A stretch of 64,000 nt of DNA from Gemmatimonadota bacterium (GTDB lineage: Bacteria > Gemmatimonadota > Gemmatimonadetes > Longimicrobiales > Gaopeijiaceae), in contig SKKN01000014.1 in NCBI GenBank assembly GCA_007121455.1, positions 20,653-84,652 on the forward strand, written 5' to 3'. Below are positions 9,555 to 17,634 of the stretch, one piece after another. Under the pieces are notes generated by a model. The model saw only the letters and a program-made list of their open reading frames with translations, ran no database searches and was not told the DNA's origin. Made by a program: the position numbers and the translations under genes. Each line of letters opens with the position of its first letter. The first letter of the stretch is position 1.

Positions 9555-11057
9555 TCAAGGGGCACCTCCTGCGAACGTCGTCCCGGTGATGCCCGCGACC
9601 ATCGCCTCCGCGACCGAGAAGAACCGGAAGAGACCATCCGGGTGGATCCCGAGGAGGATGGAAAGGGCTGCGGTGATGCCGATCGGCACCACCATGAAGA
9701 GGGATGCCTCGTTGAAGGCTGGATGTCCTTCGGAGGTCCGGAAGAACGCCCGGGTCACGATCGGCACGAGGTACGCCGCGTTCAGGAGCCCGCTCAGGAG
9801 AAGGACGCCGAGAAAGAAGAGTCCTCCCGCGTCGACCGAGCCTGCGGCGAGATACCATTTGCTCACGAATCCACCGATGAGAGGCACTCCGGCGAGCCCC
9901 ACTGCCCCGACCCCGAAGGCCGCGAGGGTGAACGGCATCTGCCTGCCGATCCCGTCGAGCTCGCTCACCTTCTTCTTGCCGGTGTGGACATAGATCGCCC
10001 CCGCGCAGAAGAAGAGCGTGATCTTCATCGCGGCATGGGTAACCATGTGAAGGGCCGCTCCCAGAAGGGCGTGGGGAACCAGGAGAGCCACTCCCAGCAC
10101 GATGTAGGAGAGGTGCCCCACGGTGGAGTAAGCGAGGCGGGCCTTCAGGTCGTCCTTGGTGAGGGCGATGCACGAAGCGATCAGAATCGTCGCGGCGGCG
10201 AACGCTGCCAGAAGCGCAGCCGCCCCCATGTCACCCAGCAGCTCGGGACCGAAGATGAATCCGACGAGGCGGACGAAGCCGAAGACCCCCGCCTTCACGA
10301 CGGCCACCGCGTGGAGGAGCGCGGAGACCGGCGTGGGCGCGATCATCGCGTTCGGCAGCCAGGAATGGAGGGGCATCACCCCCGCCTTCACACCGAATCC
10401 CAGCATGAAGAGGAGGAAAATCGTCCACAGAACTCCGGTGCCCGCTCCCGCGTCGAGGAAGCCGCCCGCCTGGAAGTCGAGCGTCCCTGCCGTCTGGTGG
10501 ATGAGCGCGGTGCCCGCCACCAGGGCGATTCCGGCAGTGATCGCGTAGACGAGGTACTGCCGCCCGATCCGGTATGCCTTCTCCGAGCCCGCGTGGGTGA
10601 CGAGCGGGTACGTCGCGACCGAGAGGATCTCGTAGAAGATGACGAACGTGAGCACGTTCGCGGAGAAGCAGAGCCCGATCGTCGCCGAGAGGCACGAGGC
10701 CAGCATCGCGTAGAAGCGGGTCTGCTTCCCCTCGTCGAGTCCCCGCATGTACCCGATCGAGTAGAAGCAGGTGAGGATCCAGAGGAAGGACGCCGAAAGC
10801 GCGAAGAGCAGCCCGGCAGGATCCACCCGGAGACCGAGTTCGATCCCGGGAGCGAGCTGGACCAGGTCGACCTCGTAGCGTTCGCCTGCGAGCACCCCCG
10901 GAAGGAGCGATGCTACGAGGGCGAACTTGGTGACGGCCGCGAGGACGCTCCACGTTTCGCGAAGGTTCGGGTTCCGCCCGGTGAAGGCGATCGCCACCGC
11001 CGCGACCGCTGAAACGAGGATCGCGAAGAGGGGCCGGAGATCGAGCAGGGTTTCCAT
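9555..11057 (-). CDS. Mrp/complex-I antiporter-like subunit (short MrpA/NuoL type)
   Basis: Track ORF 9555..11075. I trimmed it to METLLDL... (ATG 11057), which is preceded by GAGGAG. It has the NuoL/MrpA-style motif HSWLPNAMIAPTPVSALLHAVAVVKAGVF. It lacks the long C-terminal MrpA extension. Confidence 0.8.
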   Translation of the reverse strand: METLLDLRPLFAILVSAVAAVAIAFTGRNPNLRETWSVLAAVTKFALVASLLPGVLAGERYEVDLVQLAPGIELGLRVDPAGLLFALSASFLWILTCFYSIGYMRGLDEGKQTRFYAMLASCLSATIGLCFSANVLTFVIFYEILSVATYPLVTHAGSEKAYRIGRQYLVYAITAGIALVAGTALIHQTAGTLDFQAGGFLDAGAGTGVLWTIFLLFMLGFGVKAGVMPLHSWLPNAMIAPTPVSALLHAVAVVKAGVFGFVRLVGFIFGPELLGDMGAAALLAAFAAATILIASCIALTKDDLKARLAYSTVGHLSYIVLGVALLVPHALLGAALHMVTHAAMKITLFFCAGAIYVHTGKKKVSELDGIGRQMPFTLAAFGVGAVGLAGVPLIGGFVSKWYLAAGSVDAGGLFFLGVLLLSGLLNAAYLVPIVTRAFFRTSEGHPAFNEASLFMVVPIGITAALSILLGIHPDGLFRFFSVAEAMVAGITGTTFAGGAP

Positions 11058-11067
11058 GGCTCTCTCC

Positions 11068-12669
11068 TCAACCACTCAGCGGAGCGACGACCGGCTCCAG
11101 CAAACGGTCCACGATCAGGACGTTGAAGATTCCGACGAGAAGGATGAGGACCGCGAGCACGAGAATCGGGAGCAGCATGGTCCCGGGTGCCTCACCACCT
11201 TCTTCCGGGGGACGGGCTCCACCGGAGCGCCGGTCGTCGTGCCGAGGACCACCGCCCAGACCGGGAGGGAGCGAATCACCATGACCTCCGCCCCCGGCCA
11301 TCGCACCCGCGGGAACGGCCGCCACCGCCGGCTCGGAGATCACCCCTTCCTCCGGCTCACGATAGATCATCTCGATCACCCGAAAGAAATAGACTGCGGA
11401 GAGCAAGCTGCTCACGATGATGATCGCGAAGAAGATCCAGTTTCCGGCGTCCACGCTTCCGAGGAGCAGGTAGTACTTCGAGAAGAAACCGGCAGTCGGA
11501 GGTATGCCCACCATCGCGAGAGCGGCGATCGTGAAGGAGGCCATCGTCCACGGCATCTTCCGACCAAGACCCGCGAACTCGGGGACCTCGACGAGGCCGG
11601 TCCGAAGCCGAATGGCTCCTCCGATGAGGAAAAGGACGCCTTTCATGAGTGCGTGGTTGAGCATGTGGAGCAGGCCGCCGATCAGTCCGAAGGGATTCGC
11701 GAGCCCGATTCCCAACGCGATGTAGGAGATCTGCCCCACGGAGGAGTAGGCGAGCATCCGTCGGAGATCGGTCTGCGCCATTGCCATGACGGAGCCGAAC
11801 AGGATCCCGCCCGCCGCGAGCCAGCCGATGAAGGCCGTCACCGGCAGGATCTCGATCAGGAAAACCGGATGGAAGACGTCGAGGAAGAGCCGGATGATCG
11901 CATAAGCCGACACCTTTGTCATGATCGGGGCGATGAGCCCGGCAGATGCCGATGGGGCGAAGTTGTATACGTCCGGCAGCCAGAGGTGCATCGGGAAGAG
12001 GGCCATCTTCAGTCCGAGTCCCGTCACCATCAACACGGCCGCCGCGATCACCGCTCGCGACTGGTACAGCTCCGGAAGCCGCTCCGCGAGGTCTGCCATG
12101 TTCAGCGTACCGGCGGAGAAGTAGAGGAAGCCGACGCCCAGGAGGTAGAACCCTCCGCCCACCGCTCCGAATACCAGATAGCGGAAGACGGCCACCGGCG
12201 CCCTCCGATCCCCGACCGCCAGCAGCGCGTATGCCGCCAGAGCCGCGATCTCGAGGAAGACGTACAGGTTGAACACGTCCCCCGTGAGGCACATCCCCGT
12301 GAGGCCGGCGAGGAGGAGGGCGACGGATGGATATGCGAACGCTTCCTTGCCCGGAATCTCGAACCGGGCCGAGCGCGGAAGGTAGACGACGACGAGAAGT
12401 CCGATCGTCGTCACGATCGCCACCATGAACGCGGAGAGCGGGTCGAGAACCCACTCGATCCCGACGGGAGGGGCCCAGCCGCCCAGGTGGTAGCGGATCT
12501 CCCCGTTCGCGATCACATGCGCGACCCCCGCCATCGAGACGAGGAACGATGCGGCGACGCCCAGCAGAGTCGCCGCGTACCCCCAGCGGAGGCGGATCAT
12601 TCCCCCGAAGAATGCTGCGAAGGAGGTGAACAGCAGGATCGCCGGGATGAGGACCGGAATCTGGTTCAC
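11068..12669 (-). CDS. mrpD: Mrp/complex-I antiporter-like subunit (MrpD/NuoN type) with a Gly/Pro-rich insertion before the last TM
   Basis: 533 aa with motifs FLEIAALAAYALL, FPMHLWLPDVYNFAPSASAGLIAPIMTKVSAY and AYSSVGQISYIALG. Its ATG overlaps the mrpC stop as ATGA. Confidence 0.8.
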   Translation of the reverse strand: MNQIPVLIPAILLFTSFAAFFGGMIRLRWGYAATLLGVAASFLVSMAGVAHVIANGEIRYHLGGWAPPVGIEWVLDPLSAFMVAIVTTIGLLVVVYLPRSARFEIPGKEAFAYPSVALLLAGLTGMCLTGDVFNLYVFLEIAALAAYALLAVGDRRAPVAVFRYLVFGAVGGGFYLLGVGFLYFSAGTLNMADLAERLPELYQSRAVIAAAVLMVTGLGLKMALFPMHLWLPDVYNFAPSASAGLIAPIMTKVSAYAIIRLFLDVFHPVFLIEILPVTAFIGWLAAGGILFGSVMAMAQTDLRRMLAYSSVGQISYIALGIGLANPFGLIGGLLHMLNHALMKGVLFLIGGAIRLRTGLVEVPEFAGLGRKMPWTMASFTIAALAMVGIPPTAGFFSKYYLLLGSVDAGNWIFFAIIIVSSLLSAVYFFRVIEMIYREPEEGVISEPAVAAVPAGAMAGGGGHGDSLPPGLGGGPRHDDRRSGGARPPEEGGEAPGTMLLPILVLAVLILLVGIFNVLIVDRLLEPVVAPLSG

Positions 12670-13043
12670 GGATCCTCCCTCATCTTCCGCAGAACCGTGT
12701 CCTCATCCAGGCTTCCATACTCCCGGTAAATGAGCAGCAGGAGGGAGAGTGCAACTCCCGTGATCGCCACGCCCACCACGATCGCAGTGAGGATCATGAC
12801 CTGGGGCAGCGGGTTCAGGTACTGGGCAGGGTCGAGGCCCCGCTCGGGGTCGAAGATCGGGATCGTACCGCCGATCTTCGTCGCGCCCTGAATGAAGAAG
12901 AGGTAGATCGACGTCTGGAAGATCGTCATGCCGATCACCTTCTTCAGCATGTTCCGCTTCCGCGTGATCCCGTAGAGCCCGATGATGAGCAGCAGGGCGA
13001 CGAGGTAGTATGGATACCGTCCGATGAAGAGATCGACCGTCAT
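12666..13043 (-). CDS. mrpC: Mrp subunit C (NuoK-like)
   Basis: 125 aa, three TM, typical MnhC/NuoK size and pattern. There are ATGA overlaps at both ends. Confidence 0.75.
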   Translation of the reverse strand: MTVDLFIGRYPYYLVALLLIIGLYGITRKRNMLKKVIGMTIFQTSIYLFFIQGATKIGGTIPIFDPERGLDPAQYLNPLPQVMILTAIVVGVAITGVALSLLLLIYREYGSLDEDTVLRKMREDP

Positions 13044-13534
13044 CGGCCTCCTCCCGAAAGAGCGTCGTAGATCGCGACCAGCGCTCCCCAGACGAGGAAG
13101 CCGATGAATACCTCCGCGAGCAGGATTCCCCAGTACCGGAGGCCCACGGGGTCGACTCCCGGGATGGGCACGTAGTGGTAATCGAGGAAGTTGCCCCCGA
13201 AGAAGAGCGGGATCACGCCGAGGATCGCGAAGAGCAGCGTGCCGCCTCCGGCGAGGAGCGCCCCCCAGTCGGGCGGAAACCGTCGGAAGGACTCGTCCCG
13301 ACCGAGTGCCAGGCGCAGAAGGATCGTGCTCGCCGCGAGCATCACTCCGCCCTGGAAGCCGCCGCCGGGGCTGTAGTGCCCGTGCGTGATCACGTAGAAG
13401 GCGAAGATCTGGATCATCGGGACCATCGCCTTCGTCACCACGTGCACGAAGATGCTCTCGTACGGGTCGCTCATCTCCCGGCTGGTGCCCGTGCGCACGG
13501 CTTCGACCAGCCCCGTGTCGAAGTCCCGCCTCAT
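13040..13534 (-). CDS. mrpB: MnhB-domain protein (Mrp subunit B / MbhF-like)
   Basis: 164 aa with the MnhB-domain core THGHYSPGGGFQGGVMLAAS. Its ATG overlaps the upstream stop as ATGA. Confidence 0.75.
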   Translation of the reverse strand: MRRDFDTGLVEAVRTGTSREMSDPYESIFVHVVTKAMVPMIQIFAFYVITHGHYSPGGGFQGGVMLAASTILLRLALGRDESFRRFPPDWGALLAGGGTLLFAILGVIPLFFGGNFLDYHYVPIPGVDPVGLRYWGILLAEVFIGFLVWGALVAIYDALSGGGR

Positions 13535-13833
13535 TCGGTGCGCTCCTCGTGCTCCTCGTCTTCCCTCCGCCTCCGGACGAGAATGAAGAGGCAGGAAAGC
13601 GCAGCGGCGAAGACGACGACGGCTTCCCCGAAGGTGTCGAAGCCGCGGTAGTCCGCCAGGACGGCGGTTACCATGTTCGGGGTGTTCGAATCCTCCAGCG
13701 CCCCCTCGATGTACACCGTCGAAACATGGGTATTGGCGGGGGATCCGGGATCTCCCCTGGCCGGAAGGTCTCCGGCCGCGAAGGCCAGCATGCTCCCGAG
13801 AAGCGCCAGGAGACCGAGCGAGAGAATCCTCAT
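13531..13833 (-). CDS. MnhB-related small subunit (MbhE-like)
   Basis: 100 aa containing NMVTAVLADYRGFDTFGE, the conserved motif of the N-terminal MnhB-related/MbhE segment. Confidence 0.7.
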   Translation of the reverse strand: MRILSLGLLALLGSMLAFAAGDLPARGDPGSPANTHVSTVYIEGALEDSNTPNMVTAVLADYRGFDTFGEAVVVFAAALSCLFILVRRRREDEEHEERTE

Positions 13834-14078
13834 CAGTCCTCCGACCTCCGGTCCAGGAAGAAGAGGGACACGAGGAGGAAGACGCCGGTGAGGGCCGCTC
13901 CCAACGCCGCTTCCGTGAGGGCGACGTCCGGCGCGCCGAGTTCGGCGAAGAGCAGGGCCATCAGGAACGAGTACCCCGTCAGAACGCCGACCGCCGCGAG
14001 CAGATCCTTCACCTCGAGGGCGGCCACCGCGAACATGACCAGGACGAGCATCAGCCAGAAGTCGAGCTGCCAGATCAC
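13833..14078 (-). CDS. DUF4040/MbhD-like small membrane subunit
   Basis: This is only the C-terminal 81 codons of track ORF 13833..14459. A GTG at 14078 forms a GTGA overlap with the mrpG stop and opens IWQLDFWLMLVLVMFAVAALEVKDLLAAVGVLTGYSFLMALLFAELGAPDVALTEAALGA, which is MbhD-like. The rest of the 208-aa track ORF is an off-frame read through mrpG. Confidence 0.65.
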   Translation of the reverse strand: MIWQLDFWLMLVLVMFAVAALEVKDLLAAVGVLTGYSFLMALLFAELGAPDVALTEAALGAALTGVFLLVSLFFLDRRSED

Positions 14079-14416
14079 GATCCCTCCTCGGCGCGGGGCA
14101 CCGTTGGATGCGCCTGATCGTCGTCCTCGCGGACCCAGAACGCCTGTCTCTTCCGTACGGCCGCCCTGGTAATCGCGTGCACCCCGGTGGGGTTCGTGAC
14201 GGCGACGAGGAAGACGATGAGGAAAATCTTGAAGCTCACGAGCGCCCAGCCGTTGTAGATGGCGAGCGCGATGAGCACGAGCATGGCCCCGAGCGTCTCG
14301 GATTTCCCCACCGCGTGTGCACGGCTGAGGAAGTCGGGAAGCCGGATCAGCCCCACGGTGCTCACAGTCAGGAAGAAGAGTCCGGCTCCGAGGAACACCA
14401 TCACGATGACGATCAT
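14075..14416 (-). CDS. mrpG: Mrp subunit G
   Basis: 113 aa. The pattern MIVIVMVFLGAGLFFLTVSTVGLIRLPDFLSRAHAVGKSETLG matches the MnhG/PhaG family. There is an ATGA overlap with mrpF. Confidence 0.8.
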   Translation of the reverse strand: MIVIVMVFLGAGLFFLTVSTVGLIRLPDFLSRAHAVGKSETLGAMLVLIALAIYNGWALVSFKIFLIVFLVAVTNPTGVHAITRAAVRKRQAFWVREDDDQAHPTVPRAEEGS

Positions 14417-14688
14417 TTCCCCTCGCTCCCCGCCGACTCGAGGTACTTTCCGAGTGCAACGACGCCGACGAAGTTCAGGATCGCGTAGGTGATCGCCAAG
14501 TCGAGGAACATGTCCATCCTTCCGTAGAGGAAGCCCATCAGGACGATGAGGAGGACGGCGTTGTTCCCGACGAGCCCCACGGCGATCAATCGGTCGAAGA
14601 TCGTGGGGCCGACGGCTACGCGGTAGAAGTTCACCGCGATCAGAACCGCGATGTACATCGCCGAGCCGAGAAGGATGGTTTCCGTCAC
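14413..14688 (-). CDS. mrpF: Mrp subunit F
   Basis: Track ORF 14413..14718, trimmed to the GTG at 14688 (GTGA overlap with the mrpE stop). This gives a 91-aa three-TM protein typical of MnhF. Confidence 0.75.
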   Translation of the reverse strand: MTETILLGSAMYIAVLIAVNFYRVAVGPTIFDRLIAVGLVGNNAVLLIVLMGFLYGRMDMFLDLAITYAILNFVGVVALGKYLESAGSEGK

Positions 14689-15311
14689 CCGGCCAGCTCC
14701 TCGATCGAGCGGATCCACCGGACTTCGGGGACCGGATCGGGCGGCTCCTGGAAGATCGCCGCGACGACGTTCTGCAGTTCCCCCTCGGTCACGCTCTTTG
14801 CGGACCGCGGATGGATTGCATGGATGAGGTATTCCCCGTTCTGCAGATCGACCGTGATCGTGCCGGGGGTGAGCGTGATGGAGTTGGCTACCAGCACCTG
14901 AGCCAGCTCGCTCCGCAGCTCGGTCCTGAGCGTGAGCATGGCCGGGCGGATCGGAAGCGAAGGGCGGAGAACCATGACGGCCACCTCCACGTTCGCCTTC
15001 ACGACGTTGTACACCAGCCAGACGAGGTAGCGTCCGAGGTGGTACGTCATCACGAGCCGTCCCCGGATCCCGCCTTCGACCCCGGTGAGCCCGGTGGGGA
15101 AGGGCCGGTCCCGGTTCAGAACGAGGACGATTCCGAGCGTCAGGACCATCATCGTGAAGTAGGGGATGCCCGCCCGCCCGGAGAGGATGAACCAGAAGAC
15201 GGAGAAGAACACGAACAGGAAGAGAAAGCTCCCCGGGCTCCGATCCTCCTCGGGGGGGGGTGGAGCGCTCGACGGCCCTTTCTTCACCGCGGCTACCTGT
15301 GTCTGGTTCAT
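14685..15311 (-). CDS. mrpE: Mrp subunit E
   Basis: Track ORF 14685..15356. ATG 15311 (MNQTQ...) is preferred, but the start is uncertain. MnhE-like pattern: FWFILSG...PGTITVDL...LIHAI. Confidence 0.7.
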   Translation of the reverse strand: MNQTQVAAVKKGPSSAPPPPEEDRSPGSFLFLFVFFSVFWFILSGRAGIPYFTMMVLTLGIVLVLNRDRPFPTGLTGVEGGIRGRLVMTYHLGRYLVWLVYNVVKANVEVAVMVLRPSLPIRPAMLTLRTELRSELAQVLVANSITLTPGTITVDLQNGEYLIHAIHPRSAKSVTEGELQNVVAAIFQEPPDPVPEVRWIRSIEELAG

Positions 15312-15498
15312 CCGTCTTCCTCGACCGTCACTCACTGGATGCCTTCGGGGCGGCATGGCGTCTCGGTCTTCCCCAGCGTCCGCACTCCCAACCGGCGCAT
15401 CCGGGGGTCATGATCAGAGCCGCGACAATCTTAACGGGTCTCCCTTTCTGAGCAAGGCGGGGTCGGTCGGCTTGTGGAAAAAGGGGGATGGGAGGACG

Positions 15499-15549
15499 TT
15501 CGGACGGCGGCGTCCCACCGTCCACTCGGACGGCGACGCCCACCGTCTC
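15499..15549. repeat. Tandem imperfect direct repeat (~24 nt x2) just downstream of tkt
   Basis: The plus strand reads TCGGACGGCGGCGTCCCACCGTCC (15499-15522) and TCGGACGGCGACGCCCACCGTCTCC (15525-15549), differing by one mismatch and one indel. Each copy has an internal GGACGG/CCGTCC-type inverted repeat, and the two copies can also pair with each other. Confidence 0.6.
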
Positions 15550-15554
15550 CTGTG

Positions 15555-17600
15555 TCAGCGCGGCCCGAGTTGCTCCCGCACCTTATCGACCGCAGCGGAG
15601 GCTGTGATGCCGAATCGTTCGTAGAGCACTTCGTACGGAGCCGAGGCGCCGAAACGATCGAGTCCGACGGACCGTCCCTCCGTTCCGATCCAGCGCTCCC
15701 ACCCGAGAGTGGTGCTCGCCTCGATGGAGACTCTGTTGCGGACGGAGGGCGGGAGGACGCGATTTCGGTATGCTTCGCTCTGCTGCCCGAAGAGGTGCCA
15801 GGAAGGCAAGCTCACCACCCGTGTCGGGATCCCATCCGCCTCCAGCACGTCACGGGCTTCGACCGCCAGGTGCAGCTCCGATCCCGAGGCGAGCAGAATC
15901 GCCTGCGGGGCGCCGTTCGACGCTTCCCGGAAGATGTATCCTCCATTCGCGACCCCACCGGCATCGGCATCCTCGTCACGCTCGAGGTGAGGCACCTTCT
16001 GTCGGGTGAGGGCGAGGAAAACGGGGCCCTCCTGCCGGGCCACGGCGACCCTCCACGCCTCCGCGGTCTCCCTTGCGTCGCCGGGCCGGAGATCCAGAAG
16101 GTCCGGGATCGCGCGCAGCGCGAGCAGGTGCTCCACCGGCTGGTGCGTCGGGCCGTCCTCCCCCAGGCCGATCGAGTCGTGGGAAAAGACGTACGTCACC
16201 GGCAGCTTCATGAGGGCGGCGAGCCGGATCGACGGCCGCATGTAGTCCGAGAAGACGAGGAAGGTCCCCCCGAACGGACGGAGTCCTCCGTGCAGAGCCA
16301 TTCCGTTCATGATCCCGCCCATCGCGTGTTCCCGCACCCCGAAATGGATGTTCCGACCTCCGGGTGTGTCCGCCTGGAGCGCGGGAGATCCGCCGATCTC
16401 CGTCTTGTTCGATCCGGCGAGATCGGCGGAGCCGCCGACGAGGTTGGGAACGGTTTCCGCGAGGGCCTGGATCACCTTCCCGGAGCTGGAGCGGGTGGCA
16501 TCCCCGCCGCTCGCACCTTCGAAGGAGGGAATGCCCCGGTCCCAATCCGTGGGCAGGTCACCGGCGAGGAAGGCTTCGAGCTCCTCGGCTTCACGAGGGA
16601 AGGCCGCACGATATGCACCGAGCTCGTCTCTCCATTCCCCCTCGAGCTCCTTGCCCCTCTCCCGGGCCCTTCTCCACTGCGCGAGGGCCCGCGCATCGAC
16701 GTGGAACGGCTCGAGCGAGGGGTACCCGAGGTTCTTCTTCGTCGCCCGGATCTCTTCGGCGCCAAGGGGAGCTCCGTGCGTGCTGTGGTGCCCCGCCAGG
16801 TTCGGGCTGCCATGGGCGATCGTGGTGCGGAGCACGATGAGGGAAGGACGGTCGGTGACCTCGTTCGCACGTGCGATCGCCCCGTCGAGCGCTTCGAGGT
16901 CGTTCCCGTCCGCGACCTTTTCCACGTGCCATCCGTACGCCTCGAATCTCCCCTGGTGGTCGATCGAGGTGCTGAGGTCGGTGGTTCCGTCGATCGTGAT
17001 CCGGTTGTCGTCGAAGATCCACACGAGCTTTCCGAGCCGCTGGTGCCCGGCGAGCTCCGCGGCTTCGTGGGAGATCCCCTCCATGAGGTCGCCGTCCGAA
17101 CAGATCGCATACGTGCGATGGTCTACGATCCGGTGGTTCGGGCGATTGAACCGGTCGGCGAGCCATCTCTCGGCAAGCGCGAGTCCCACCGAGTTGGCGA
17201 CTCCCTGCCCCAGGGGCCCGGTGGTGGTCTCGATCCCCGGGGCCTCGCCGAGCTCCGGATGGCCGGCGGTCTTCGAGCCCCACTGCCGGAAGCGCACGAG
17301 CTCCTCCAACGAGAGGTCATAGCCCGACAGGTGAAGCGCCGAGTAGAGGAGCATGGACGCGTGGCCCGCGGACAGGATGAACCGGTCGCGGTCCGGCCAT
17401 TCGGGGTTTCCGGGGTTGTGGCGGAGGTGCCGGGTGAAGAGGAGGTACGCCGCCGGTGCGAGAGCCATCGGCGTCCCTGGATGGCCCGACTTCGCCTCCT
17501 CGACCGCGTCCATCGCGAGGACGCGGATCGTGTCGATGCAGAGGCGGGAGAGCTCGGGGCGGTCCGCGATGGAGGGCGCCTGGATTGTGGTGTCGGCCAT
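15555..17600 (-). CDS. tkt: Transketolase
   Basis: 681 aa with [38 protein letters not shown] and the ThDP motif [14 protein letters not shown]. Confidence 0.95.
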   Translation of the reverse strand: MADTTIQAPSIADRPELSRLCIDTIRVLAMDAVEEAKSGHPGTPMALAPAAYLLFTRHLRHNPGNPEWPDRDRFILSAGHASMLLYSALHLSGYDLSLEELVRFRQWGSKTAGHPELGEAPGIETTTGPLGQGVANSVGLALAERWLADRFNRPNHRIVDHRTYAICSDGDLMEGISHEAAELAGHQRLGKLVWIFDDNRITIDGTTDLSTSIDHQGRFEAYGWHVEKVADGNDLEALDGAIARANEVTDRPSLIVLRTTIAHGSPNLAGHHSTHGAPLGAEEIRATKKNLGYPSLEPFHVDARALAQWRRARERGKELEGEWRDELGAYRAAFPREAEELEAFLAGDLPTDWDRGIPSFEGASGGDATRSSSGKVIQALAETVPNLVGGSADLAGSNKTEIGGSPALQADTPGGRNIHFGVREHAMGGIMNGMALHGGLRPFGGTFLVFSDYMRPSIRLAALMKLPVTYVFSHDSIGLGEDGPTHQPVEHLLALRAIPDLLDLRPGDARETAEAWRVAVARQEGPVFLALTRQKVPHLERDEDADAGGVANGGYIFREASNGAPQAILLASGSELHLAVEARDVLEADGIPTRVVSLPSWHLFGQQSEAYRNRVLPPSVRNRVSIEASTTLGWERWIGTEGRSVGLDRFGASAPYEVLYERFGITASAAVDKVREQLGPR

Positions 17601-17634
17601 GCCGGAGGTCCAGTTGAAGTTCGGGTGTGGCGGG

